Assembly (NCBI GenBank): GCA_038211525.1
Contig: JBBQVM010000002.1
Span: forward strand, 1-46,260
Direction: 5' to 3'
Origin: Bacteroidia bacterium
Lineage (GTDB): Bacteria > Bacteroidota > Bacteroidia > AKYH767-A > OLB10
Length of the DNA stretch: 46,260 bases
Shown here: in pieces, positions 27,897-36,820 of the stretch
How the letters are laid out: each line of letters begins with the position of its first letter
Position numbering within the stretch: position 1 is the first letter of the stretch
Translations under genes and position numbers: made by a program
Notes under the pieces: generated by a model
What the model saw: the letters and a program-made list of their open reading frames with translations, nothing else
What the model was told of the DNA's origin: nothing
Databases searched by the model: none

Positions 27897-28538
27897 TTAT
27901 TTGGGTCTGATATTGCTATCCTGATCCGGTGACTTGGTATCGTTAGCGGGCTGACTTCCTGTTTTAGGACTTGCACCTCCGCTGGTAGAACCACTTTTAG
28001 AACCAGAACTTTCTTTATCGCCAACTTTGTAACCTAACGTATTTAAAATATCATCACTCTTGTCGTATTTAGGATTAGCATACAACATAATAAGGTCACT
28101 CGATTTGTCAAATACTACTGCATAACTTTGATCAGTAGCCATTTTTTTAATGGCATTATAAATTTTATCCTGGATAGGTTTTACCAGTTCTTGTTTTTTC
28201 TTAAATAATTCCCCTTCAAAACCAAATTTAGTTTTTTGAAAATCCTTAACTTCTTTTTCTTTTCCCACAATTTCATTCTCTCTTTTACGCTTCATTTCAT
28301 CAGTAAGTAAAATCTGTTCGGCTTGAAAATCCTTATATAATTTATCAATGAAAGCATATTTTGCTTCGATTTCCTTTTGCCAGTTCACCGACAACTGATC
28401 TAACTGTTGTTGTGCAGCTTTATACTCAGTAATATTATCAAGAATATACTGGGTATCCACGTAACAATACTTCTGCGCGAAGGTACTGGCTGAAATCATC
28501 ATCGCAATGATGGTAAAGAAGGCCTTTAGATTTTTCAT
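27897..28538 (-). CDS. OmpH/Skp periplasmic chaperone paralogue with a Ser/Gly/Pro-rich C-terminal tail
   Basis: 213 aa. Skp-like core plus a ~45-aa low-complexity tail (KVGDKESSGSKSGSTSGGASPKTGSQPANDTKSPDQDSNIRPK). Confidence 0.85.
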   Translation of the reverse strand: MKNLKAFFTIIAMMISASTFAQKYCYVDTQYILDNITEYKAAQQQLDQLSVNWQKEIEAKYAFIDKLYKDFQAEQILLTDEMKRKRENEIVGKEKEVKDFQKTKFGFEGELFKKKQELVKPIQDKIYNAIKKMATDQSYAVVFDKSSDLIMLYANPKYDKSDDILNTLGYKVGDKESSGSKSGSTSGGASPKTGSQPANDTKSPDQDSNIRPK

Positions 28539-28577
28539 AACAAACTGGTTTTTAAGGTTTGCAAAATTAATACTTTT

Positions 28578-31064
28578 TTAGAACTGCTGACCAATAGTGA
28601 AGTGAAATTCTCCCCCATTGGTTTTCTTAGAGCCATAAACACCATCAAAACCATATCCCCAGTCTAAACCTAAGAGTCCGAACATAGGTAGAAAGATTCT
28701 GATTCCTCCTCCCGCAGCGCGTTTTACGTCAAACGGGCTATAGTTTTTGAATTTACTGAAAGCATTTCCGGCTTCCAGAAATCCAAGGGCATATATTGTG
28801 GCAGAAGGGTTTAATGATAATGGATAACGTAACTCCATGGTGTATTTATCATAAATTGTGCCACCTCCCGGAGGGTTTAATGAGTTGTTCGGATAACCCC
28901 TTTGAGCAATAATCTCTCTTCCATCCAATGAAAATCCTGAAAGTCCATCACCACCAAGATAGAATCGTTCAAATGGCGACTGGCCAATGTCTTTATTGTA
29001 ATAACCGAGAAATCCGAAATTCGCTTTCACATTTAACACCAGTTTGTTCCAGGCAAGAGGCGTGAACCACGAAGCACCGAATTTCCATTTATGATATTCA
29101 ATAAATTTATACTTCTGCTGATCTGTTAAATTAGTATAATCTTTATTATTGAATAATGAATAAGGTGGAGTTAATTGCAGTGTAAACGAAAATTGAGATC
29201 CTAACCTCGGATAGATGGGTGCATCTACAGAATTACGCGATACAGTTTCCTGCAAACTGATGTTGTTGGAGTAACCATCGCTGAAAAGAAAAGTTGAAGA
29301 ATAGTTATCCAAAACATAGTATTGATAATTGGCCTCAGTATAAATACTGAAATAATCATCCGGCTTTTTTAATCGCTGCCCTAAACCAACCGATAAACCT
29401 GTAATGTTAATCGATTGACGCGTTGCATCAGATTTTTTCCTTCCATTAGTTTGAACAGAATTAAATAAGGACACACTTAACGAATTAGGATTTTTTCCTC
29501 CTAACCAAGGCTCTGTAAAAGATGCACTGTATGATTGATAATATTTACCATTTGTTTGAGCTCTTAAACTTAAACGTTGTCCATCACCCGATGGTAAAGG
29601 TGTCCATGTTCCCTTTTTGAAAATATTCCTTCCGGAGAAATTATTGAAGGTGAGTCCAAGAGTTCCAACAATTTGTCCTGCACCCCAACCACCCGATAAT
29701 TCAATTTGATCTGAAGGGTGTTCTTCAACTACATATTCAATATCAACAGTTCCTTCTTCAGGATTCGGCTTAGGGTTAACTCCAAGTTTTTCCTGATCGA
29801 AAAATCCTAACTGAGCCAATTCACGTTGTGTTCTGATAATATCGGTACGTGAAAATAATTGACCTGGCTTGGTACGAATTTCCCTCATTATTACTTTATC
29901 GTTGGTTTTTGTATTCCCTACAACAGTAATTTTATTTACGATAGCTTGTTTGCCCTCGTAAACCCGCATTTCATAATCAATGGAATCATTATCAACCTGA
30001 ACCTCAACAGGAGTTACTGAGAAGAATAGATAACCGTTATCCATGTAAATGGAAGTAATATCGCGGCCACTAGCACTACTAAAAAGTCCCTCATCCAGTT
30101 TCTTTTGATTAAATACCTCGCCTTTGTTAATGTTCAATACACGATCTAAATCTCTTGCAGCATATTTAGTATTTCCTATCCAATTAATATTTCTGAAATA
30201 ATATTTATGACCCTCTTCTATACGAATGGTAATATCAACACTCTTCTCATCATGAAAGGTAACAGTATCCCAAACCACTTTTGCATCACGAAAGCCAAGT
30301 TCCTTGTATTTATTCATGGCAGCAATCTTATCATCTTCGAAATTCTGTTCAAGATATTTAGAAGTTGAAAAAAGGCGATACCAATGGCGCTCCTTCGTAT
30401 CTTTCATCTTTCTACGAAGTTGTACCGGTTTAAATTGAGTTAAGCCTTCAAAAACGATGCTGTTAATTTTAACTTTTTTCTTCTTATTAACATTAATCAC
30501 CAGGAACTGACTATTGGCAATTGCCGGTTCATCTTTTACTTCTATGTTAACTTCGGCACGCAAATAACCTTTATCAACAAAATAACTTTTTATTTCATTT
30601 TCTGTCGTTTGAACAAGATTTTCGGTAATAATTTTTCCCGATACTAATTTTATTTTTTCTCTCAGTTTATCAGCTTCCGATTTAGTAACACCCTTAAATG
30701 AAAAGCGTGACAATCTAGGGCGCTCAGTCAACCGTAGTTCTAAAAATATTTTATTATCCTGAATTTTGGTGGCGACTATTTTAATGTCGGAAAGTAACCC
30801 CTGCTTCCAAAGGTTTTCTATTGCTTTAGAAATTTTATCTCCGGGAACTTTTACTTTGTCACCAACGTATAAACCCGACAGGGTGGCAAGAACTTTTTCA
30901 TCCAGATATTTAATTCCGGTAACAGTCAAAGCTGCAATTTCATAATCGCGAGGCTGCGAATAATCTATCAGATTTTCAGTTTCATCACCAACTATTACCT
31001 GTCCGATAACAGTATTAGAAACAAACAGAATAAGGAGCAGTAAAAAAAGTTTTTTGTTGAGCAT
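28578..31064 (-). CDS. bamA: Outer membrane protein assembly factor BamA
   Basis: Start set at the ATG at 31064 (MLNKKLFLLLLILFVSNTVIGQ signal peptide), 1 nt after the uppS stop. The track's longer ORF would overlap uppS by 137 nt. Multiple POTRA repeats plus an Omp85 barrel ending FHFTIGQQF. Confidence 0.9.
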   Translation of the reverse strand: MLNKKLFLLLLILFVSNTVIGQVIVGDETENLIDYSQPRDYEIAALTVTGIKYLDEKVLATLSGLYVGDKVKVPGDKISKAIENLWKQGLLSDIKIVATKIQDNKIFLELRLTERPRLSRFSFKGVTKSEADKLREKIKLVSGKIITENLVQTTENEIKSYFVDKGYLRAEVNIEVKDEPAIANSQFLVINVNKKKKVKINSIVFEGLTQFKPVQLRRKMKDTKERHWYRLFSTSKYLEQNFEDDKIAAMNKYKELGFRDAKVVWDTVTFHDEKSVDITIRIEEGHKYYFRNINWIGNTKYAARDLDRVLNINKGEVFNQKKLDEGLFSSASGRDITSIYMDNGYLFFSVTPVEVQVDNDSIDYEMRVYEGKQAIVNKITVVGNTKTNDKVIMREIRTKPGQLFSRTDIIRTQRELAQLGFFDQEKLGVNPKPNPEEGTVDIEYVVEEHPSDQIELSGGWGAGQIVGTLGLTFNNFSGRNIFKKGTWTPLPSGDGQRLSLRAQTNGKYYQSYSASFTEPWLGGKNPNSLSVSLFNSVQTNGRKKSDATRQSINITGLSVGLGQRLKKPDDYFSIYTEANYQYYVLDNYSSTFLFSDGYSNNISLQETVSRNSVDAPIYPRLGSQFSFTLQLTPPYSLFNNKDYTNLTDQQKYKFIEYHKWKFGASWFTPLAWNKLVLNVKANFGFLGYYNKDIGQSPFERFYLGGDGLSGFSLDGREIIAQRGYPNNSLNPPGGGTIYDKYTMELRYPLSLNPSATIYALGFLEAGNAFSKFKNYSPFDVKRAAGGGIRIFLPMFGLLGLDWGYGFDGVYGSKKTNGGEFHFTIGQQF

Positions 31065-31065
31065 G

Positions 31066-31812
31066 CTAATCATTGGAGCTTTTTTCGTTAACCATTCCAT
31101 ATCTGCGGTCGCGCTTTTGGAAATCAGCAATTGCTTCATAAAAATCTTCTCGCCGGAAATCGGGCCATAATTTTTCTGTAAAATACAATTCTGCATATGC
31201 AATTTGCCACAACATAAAATTACTTATGCGGTGTTCACCACTTGTTCTAATTAACAATTCAGGGTCGGGACAAAAGTTGGTACATAAATGTTCAGAAAAC
31301 AGTTGATCGTTAATTTCTTCAAGTTTCAAAGTTCCCGATTTAATCTTGCCAGCTATTGCTTTAGTGGCTTGAATAATTTCCCACCGTGAACTGTAGCTTA
31401 ACGCAAGAATGAGGGTCATTCGTGTGTTACCTGAAGTGATATTTATGGTATCATTTAACTGCTTCCTGCACCCTTTCGGCAAACTCTCTATATCGCCAAT
31501 TGCCTGTAGACTTATGTTATTGTCCATGAGAGTTTTAGTCTCTTTGCTGATGGTTCCAATGAGCAATTCCATTAAGGCATCTACTTCCCATCTGGGCCGT
31601 TTCCAATTTTCGGTAGAGAAGGCATATAGAGAAAGGTACTTAATTCCCAATTCTGCAGCAGCTTCTACGGTGTCACGAACTGCTACCACCCCATTTTGAT
31701 GACCAAAAGTCCTGATTTTTCCCTGCTTCTTAGCCCAACGCCCATTTCCATCCATTATAATGGAGACATGCACCGGCAAATTGTCAGAGTTAATCTGATT
31801 TTTAAAACTCAT
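31066..31812 (-). CDS. uppS: Undecaprenyl-diphosphate synthase (isoprenyl transferase)
   Basis: Motifs IIMDGNGRWA, FSTENWKRP, RTSGEHRISNFMLWQ. Start set at the ATG at 31812 because the track start (31833) is a TTG lying inside the -7 box. Confidence 0.9.
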   Translation of the reverse strand: MSFKNQINSDNLPVHVSIIMDGNGRWAKKQGKIRTFGHQNGVVAVRDTVEAAAELGIKYLSLYAFSTENWKRPRWEVDALMELLIGTISKETKTLMDNNISLQAIGDIESLPKGCRKQLNDTINITSGNTRMTLILALSYSSRWEIIQATKAIAGKIKSGTLKLEEINDQLFSEHLCTNFCPDPELLIRTSGEHRISNFMLWQIAYAELYFTEKLWPDFRREDFYEAIADFQKRDRRYGMVNEKSSND

Positions 31813-31830
31813 TGGTAAAAAAATAGGGTG

Positions 31831-31838
31831 CAAAGGTA
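31831..31838 (-). promoter_or_regulatory. -7 promoter box TACCTTTG (minus strand) for uppS-bamA-skp-skp
   Basis: Plus strand reads CAAAGGTA. About 19 nt upstream of the ATG at 31812. Confidence 0.45.
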
Positions 31839-31867
31839 ATAAAATAAGCTATTGTGCTTTTTAATTC

Positions 31868-32713
31868 TCACTTAAGCTTGCCTTTGAATGGAGTGCAATT
31901 ATTTCCAAACCTCGACGACAAAGTATAGTTGATGGTAATACCAGTAAACATGTACCAATCGTTGGTGGAAGCGTTGCCTCTTTGTCGGTTATTGTTGGTA
32001 AGTACTTGACCGTCCTTACTTCTGTCGGAAAACAAAACGGCCAACTCCCCATTTTGAGTCAAGAGGACATCTTTTTCAGCATAGGTGGTACTAACATCAT
32101 CCAGATAATCGGTATAAGTGCGACGGGCACCAGCTTCCAGGGTCATCCCAAACCTGCGTGAAAATCTGATTTTGATGCCACCACCAAATGGGATTGATAC
32201 AGCTAAACGGTGATATTTATTACGATCAGGATAAGCCGATGTCCCCTGACCCTCGGTACCCAACGGTTGCAAATCGTACCATTCACCCTGTAATTCTGCT
32301 TGAGGATTAAAATGATAGACAGATAACCCTCCAAAAATAAAAGGAGAAACACGCGATTTTGGATTGGCAATTTGGTAGGGGAAAAAATTAAACTCTAATA
32401 AAGCATGTGCGTCCCAAATGCGAGAGCGGAACGATAGGTTTCGCCGCTGCTGGTATTCATCGTTCGACAGGGCATCGTCACCTGCTATTGCACCCAAATT
32501 AAGCCCTAGTCGATAAGCCCAATGGTTATTGAAATTTTTGCGGTATAGAATTCCTACTGCGGGCTGCAACAATTTGGTATTGAAAAGTGAATTATTAAGT
32601 TCTCCTTTATAAGTGGTAGTACCTAAGAATACCCCGAATTCGGTGCTTTGAGCGACCACCGTTCCGGATAAGAAACCAATAAGAATAACTAGTAACGGAA
32701 ATTTCCTCAACAT
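31868..32713 (-). CDS. Hypothetical outer-membrane beta-barrel protein, paralogue 1 (DUF6089-like, from memory)
   Basis: Start set at the ATG at 32713 (MLRKFPLLVILIGFLSGTVVAQ); the track start at 32725 is a GTG. Shares LGTEGQG, TDYLDDVS and RG..S..D.YMF..I.INY motifs with the upstream gene. Confidence 0.6.
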   Translation of the reverse strand: MLRKFPLLVILIGFLSGTVVAQSTEFGVFLGTTTYKGELNNSLFNTKLLQPAVGILYRKNFNNHWAYRLGLNLGAIAGDDALSNDEYQQRRNLSFRSRIWDAHALLEFNFFPYQIANPKSRVSPFIFGGLSVYHFNPQAELQGEWYDLQPLGTEGQGTSAYPDRNKYHRLAVSIPFGGGIKIRFSRRFGMTLEAGARRTYTDYLDDVSTTYAEKDVLLTQNGELAVLFSDRSKDGQVLTNNNRQRGNASTNDWYMFTGITINYTLSSRFGNNCTPFKGKLK

Positions 32714-32729
32714 CAGTTTAAACACTCCA

Positions 32730-32737
32730 CAAACTTA
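32730..32737 (-). promoter_or_regulatory. -7 promoter box TAAGTTTG (minus strand) for paralogue 1
   Basis: Plus strand reads CAAACTTA, exact TAnnTTTG. Confidence 0.4.
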
Positions 32738-32771
32738 TAACAAACGACGCTAACCTGGAAATAGTATACTA

Positions 32772-33677
32772 CTAGAACATTGGGAAAGAGGACCTTCCTG
32801 TACGAAGTTTGTAATTGATACTGATGATAGCAAACATATAGGAATCTTTATCACGTGGATCGCCACGCTGTTCGCCGGCTGCTGTGATATAAGGAAATTC
32901 TTTGCTTGATTTATCAGCCATTGCTGCGGCAAGTGCTCCATTTTCAAGGAGTAAGGTGTTATTATTGTAGTAGGTCTTACTGGCATCATCAATATAATCC
33001 GTAAAGGTTTTACGGATACCATATTCAAGACCAATGCCCCATCTGCGATCGAAGCTGTATTTGAATCCAATTCCTAAAGGGATGCACACTTGAACATTAC
33101 TATACTTCTTACGAGTACTTGTAATTCCCTGACCTTCGGTACCCAAATCACGAAGCTTTACCCAAGTCCCATTATTTTGTCCTTTAGGATTAAAATAAAA
33201 TGCGCCAATTCCAATAAATCCATAGGCAGACATTTCAAATCCTCTTTGACCTCGAACTCCGTGCAAACGGTAACGGTGACCCACTTGTTCCCTGATAAAG
33301 GCAACTTCCAGATTTGTACTGGCTTCCCAAATGTTAGTTTTGAAATTTAAATTACGATAACTACGGAAGAATTCTTTGGTGAGGTTATCATCACCTGACA
33401 ACTTCCCATAAGTTATTTTGGTATTCAGCGAAAACATTTGGCTCAGCTTATACCTCAACCCTCCAGACAGTGAAAGTCTTGTTTGAGAAATCTCAAGATC
33501 TTTCAAGTAATTGGTACCAATTTGATTGGCACCACCCAACTCACCTAGAAAGTTACTGGGTCCGGCTCCAAAATGAACTTCAGTCCTGTAAGCCTTCCAG
33601 CGTTGCTTATACCTCTGAGCATTCATAACTCCTGGAAGAATAACGGCTATTGCAAATAATAGATAGAGTTTTTTCAT
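32772..33677 (-). CDS. Hypothetical outer-membrane beta-barrel protein, paralogue 2 (DUF6089-like, from memory)
   Basis: Start set at the ATG at 33677 (MKKLYLLFAIAVILPGVMNAQ). The longer track ORF begins upstream of the -7 box. Ends SSFPMF. Confidence 0.6.
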   Translation of the reverse strand: MKKLYLLFAIAVILPGVMNAQRYKQRWKAYRTEVHFGAGPSNFLGELGGANQIGTNYLKDLEISQTRLSLSGGLRYKLSQMFSLNTKITYGKLSGDDNLTKEFFRSYRNLNFKTNIWEASTNLEVAFIREQVGHRYRLHGVRGQRGFEMSAYGFIGIGAFYFNPKGQNNGTWVKLRDLGTEGQGITSTRKKYSNVQVCIPLGIGFKYSFDRRWGIGLEYGIRKTFTDYIDDASKTYYNNNTLLLENGALAAAMADKSSKEFPYITAAGEQRGDPRDKDSYMFAIISINYKLRTGRSSFPMF

Positions 33678-33697
33678 AGGGATGTTTCTGGTCACGA

Positions 33698-33705
33698 CAA
33701 AAATA
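33698..33705 (-). promoter_or_regulatory. -7 promoter box TATTTTTG (minus strand) for paralogue 2
   Basis: Plus strand reads CAAAAATA, exact TAnnTTTG, 21 nt upstream of the ATG at 33677. Confidence 0.4.
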
Positions 33706-33748
33706 TAAAATTTTTTTATTAACAACGAATGTTAACATCTAAATAGGA

Positions 33749-34627
33749 CTAATTTCTTACGTCAAGGCCCCACATGAGCTTATTTCTGAGGGTTCCGAGG
33801 AAGTTTTCGCTGTGTAAACGAACGATATTAACACCAAAATCTTCTTTTCTGGCAGCTAGTTGAATTGCGGAATCAATTGTAACTGAGCGGGAATCAAGGG
33901 TCGACAGGAAATATTGACTCCTTCCTTCCACTTCTAGAGATATCACATACTTGTCGGATACTACGATAGGACGGACATTAAGGTTATGGGGAGCAATTGG
34001 AGTAATTACAAAATTCTCGGATTGGGGTACTATGATAGGACCGCCGCAACTAAGTGAATAACCAGTTGATCCTGTAGGAGTTGCGATAATTAAACCATCA
34101 GCCCAATAGCTATTTAAATATTCCCCATTTAAATAGGTGTGAATAATAATCATGGAAGAGCTGTCCTTTTTATGGATAGTGATTTCGTTTAGCGCATAAT
34201 TCACCTCTCCAAAGATGGGAGTATTGGTTTCCAGACGTATAAGTGATCTCAAATCAATATCATATTGTCCTTGAAGGATCGTTTCCACACATTTTGCAAT
34301 GCTATCTTTAGGTATGGTGGCTAAAAAACCTAAACGACCGGTATTTATTCCAACAATTGGTATTCCGCTATCCCGCACCAGCGAAATGGTATCGAGCATG
34401 GTACCATCCCCGCCAAGGGTAAAAAGAAAATCAACTTGGCCTTTAAGTTCATCGTGAGAGGTAAATGTAAGAGTAGGGAGTTGAATAGACGAATTGTGTT
34501 TCAGGTAGTTAAGGAATGGATGATACAGCACAGGCGTTATTCCGGCTTTCTTAAATTCCTGTAACAACACATCTAAATAAGGAATTAAATTGCTTGAGCC
34601 TGATCTTCCGTAAATTGCTATTTTCAT
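33749..34627 (-). CDS. nadK: NAD+ kinase
   Basis: 292 aa. Motifs GGDGTMLD and NTGRLGFLA. Confidence 0.9.
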   Translation of the reverse strand: MKIAIYGRSGSSNLIPYLDVLLQEFKKAGITPVLYHPFLNYLKHNSSIQLPTLTFTSHDELKGQVDFLFTLGGDGTMLDTISLVRDSGIPIVGINTGRLGFLATIPKDSIAKCVETILQGQYDIDLRSLIRLETNTPIFGEVNYALNEITIHKKDSSSMIIIHTYLNGEYLNSYWADGLIIATPTGSTGYSLSCGGPIIVPQSENFVITPIAPHNLNVRPIVVSDKYVISLEVEGRSQYFLSTLDSRSVTIDSAIQLAARKEDFGVNIVRLHSENFLGTLRNKLMWGLDVRN

Positions 34628-34648
34628 TGTTAGGTGATGATTGCTCCG

Positions 34649-36076
34649 CTAAATTGGAGCTGTAAAGTGCAGAAAAAATCCGTTCTCGCCAAACTTATTA
34701 AAAGAATATTCCAAACGGAAAACCAAATTATAATAAGTTACATAATCAATCCCGGCCCCATAACCGAACTGAAGTTTGTTTGCAAGCGGGTTATATTTCT
34801 GGAATTGTCGGTCTCGCACATACCCTAAATCGAAATTTGCATTCAGATAAAAAGCATACGGAATGGTTCTGAATTTTTCGAGAATACTAAACGGCATAGA
34901 AATAATTTGCGTTGGAACAAGTGCAAATTTAAGTGTGTTACGGGTGAGCAAATAATTTTGTCCCGGTATTACATAATATTCATATCCTCTTACAAAATCA
35001 CTTCCGTATCCAAATCCTCTCTGGTTAAAATAAGGTGCATCGGATTGACCTGATAACTTTCCTTTAAGTGAACTTGCAAAATACCAGCGTTTGGCAAGTG
35101 GCTTAAAATATTTTATTGTTGAAGTTAAATACAACAGATCAGGTTCGTTTTTGAGCAAACCAATTCCATTTTTCACCATTTCAAAATCGAAAACATAACC
35201 ATTCAAAGCATACACTTTAAAATCACGACGATCGCGGCGAAACAGCCAAGCGATAGTAATAAGATTTTGGATGGTATCTCCTTTACCGAGGTAATCAGGA
35301 TTCAATTTAGCAATAGTATCTTCAATAGTGTTGTAACGGTATTCACAAGAAAAGCTACTGGTATTATAGAAACCACTGCGACGCGAATATTTTATTGCTC
35401 CAAAAATTTCTTTGCGCACAAAATTATCAGGGTCTTTATACAAGAGCAATTTACTCTCCTCCACTTTAAAACCCGCTTCGCGATTTCGTGAAAAGGCTCC
35501 GCTGAATGAAATAGCTTCCTCTCTGTCTTTATTGATGAACGGAATGCTATACGAGAGTCCTATTTTTTGTGAATAGCCCCACTTAAACTGAAATCTAACT
35601 GTCTCATTTCTGCCTCTAAAATTATCCCAGTTCAGATAAAAGCCAAAATTAATTCTTGTAATATCGCCCGACTTCACCCACTCATTAAAATTCCGGTCAA
35701 CTAATTCAAAAATTGGTAAGGGCAGTACGTACCATCGTTCGCTTAAATCAATAATTACGGCAATTTGATTGCCGTAAATAACCTGATAATGGACATTCAC
35801 AAAATTAAAAAGCGTGGTGTTCATCAAATTTTCGCGGGTTCTATCCATAGCCCACTCCAACACCACTTTATTAAGAGTATCTCCCTTATGCACCATTAGT
35901 TCCCTGGAAATCACCGCCATTCTGGTCACTTTGTTGCCCGTAACAATTAATTCAGCAATTTGGAGCGTATCAGGAACAGCAATGGTATCCGCATCCGAAC
36001 AGGCCTCCGCGCAAGCGAAACCCATAGAGAACGATGGAAAAAGAAATAAAAGAAGAATTAATTTAAAATTCGGCAT
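34649..36076 (-). CDS. BamA/Omp85-superfamily outer-membrane protein with a single N-terminal POTRA-like domain, function unknown
   Basis: 475 aa. Signal peptide, POTRA-like segment (IAELIVTGNKVTRMAVISRELMVHKGDTLN...IIDLSERWY), then a beta-barrel-type C-terminal ~350 aa. Confidence 0.68.
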   Translation of the reverse strand: MPNFKLILLLFLFPSFSMGFACAEACSDADTIAVPDTLQIAELIVTGNKVTRMAVISRELMVHKGDTLNKVVLEWAMDRTRENLMNTTLFNFVNVHYQVIYGNQIAVIIDLSERWYVLPLPIFELVDRNFNEWVKSGDITRINFGFYLNWDNFRGRNETVRFQFKWGYSQKIGLSYSIPFINKDREEAISFSGAFSRNREAGFKVEESKLLLYKDPDNFVRKEIFGAIKYSRRSGFYNTSSFSCEYRYNTIEDTIAKLNPDYLGKGDTIQNLITIAWLFRRDRRDFKVYALNGYVFDFEMVKNGIGLLKNEPDLLYLTSTIKYFKPLAKRWYFASSLKGKLSGQSDAPYFNQRGFGYGSDFVRGYEYYVIPGQNYLLTRNTLKFALVPTQIISMPFSILEKFRTIPYAFYLNANFDLGYVRDRQFQKYNPLANKLQFGYGAGIDYVTYYNLVFRLEYSFNKFGENGFFLHFTAPI

Positions 36077-36097
36077 TGAACAAGAATTGCCGCAAAG

Positions 36098-36760
36098 TTA
36101 CAGTTTGAGGTAGTTCATGAAAGCATCGTAACGAGATTGCAAATCTTGCTGAAATTCACTTTGATGGTACGAAGCCTTAACGTCCAGATTACGTCGGTAG
36201 AAACCAGCCAATATTCGGGTAAGGTCAATTTTGTTGATTTTAAGGGTTACTTCAACTACATTAGGATCAGGTGTTACTACTGCATTGGAACTGAGGATCT
36301 GTGCACCTTCTGCTTCAACAATACTTGATATTTCACTTAAAGAATACTGGTTTTTATCGACTTCAAGCACCACAATACCGCCGGGATTTTGAACTGAATT
36401 AGCTTCCGCTAAGGCTTGAATAATATCCATAACAGTCACCAAGCCGAGGTACTGCTCCTGATCGTTCAAAACCGGGATAATGGTAAAATCGTTGTTGGAT
36501 GCAAACTTAATAGCATCAAAAATATGTTGGTACTCATTCACAAACAATCTGTTAACCGGCATCGATAAGCTAAATAACGGAACTTCTTTGTTTTCCAATT
36601 TTTCTAAATCCGATTCATAAACCATTCCCATGTAAATATTCTCATTTATTACCGGCAAGTTACTGTGACGAAATTCTAGCATCCATTGCAAAGCCTTCGA
36701 AGCCGTGTCGGTAGTTTTTAGAGGAGGAATGGTATCCTTTATAAGATTTCTGAGTAACAT
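36098..36760 (-). CDS. CBS-domain pair protein, function unknown
   Basis: 220 aa. Two CBS repeats followed by a ~70-aa C-terminal domain. 21-nt gap to the BamA-like gene. Confidence 0.78.
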   Translation of the reverse strand: MLLRNLIKDTIPPLKTTDTASKALQWMLEFRHSNLPVINENIYMGMVYESDLEKLENKEVPLFSLSMPVNRLFVNEYQHIFDAIKFASNNDFTIIPVLNDQEQYLGLVTVMDIIQALAEANSVQNPGGIVVLEVDKNQYSLSEISSIVEAEGAQILSSNAVVTPDPNVVEVTLKINKIDLTRILAGFYRRNLDVKASYHQSEFQQDLQSRYDAFMNYLKL

Positions 36761-36803
36761 CTATTGTATAAACGATTAATAAGGATAAATGGTTGTAATC
36801 ACG

Positions 36804-36811
36804 CAAACATA
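36804..36811 (-). promoter_or_regulatory. -7 promoter box TATGTTTG (minus strand) for the CBS / BamA-like / nadK unit
   Basis: Plus strand reads CAAACATA, exact TAnnTTTG. Forms one arm of the 36799-36825 palindrome. Confidence 0.45.
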
Positions 36812-36812
36812 A

Positions 36813-36820
36813 TACATTTG
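36813..36820 (+). promoter_or_regulatory. -7 promoter box TACATTTG (plus strand) for pdxJ
   Basis: Exact TAnnTTTG, 1 nt away from the divergent box. Predicts a ~90-nt pdxJ leader. Confidence 0.4.

Noticed and set aside
31065-31202. Extended N-terminus of the bamA ORF (46 extra codons) overlapping the 3' end of uppS
   Set aside because: The extension (MHMQNCILQKNYGPISGEK...) is not signal-peptide-like, whereas Met47 starts a textbook signal peptide 1 nt after the uppS stop. The overlap is a reading-frame artefact, not a nested gene.
32750-33070. 106-aa alternate-frame ORF overlapping the 3' part of the paralogue-2 barrel gene
   Set aside because: It overlaps a gene supported by paralogy and has no independent features.
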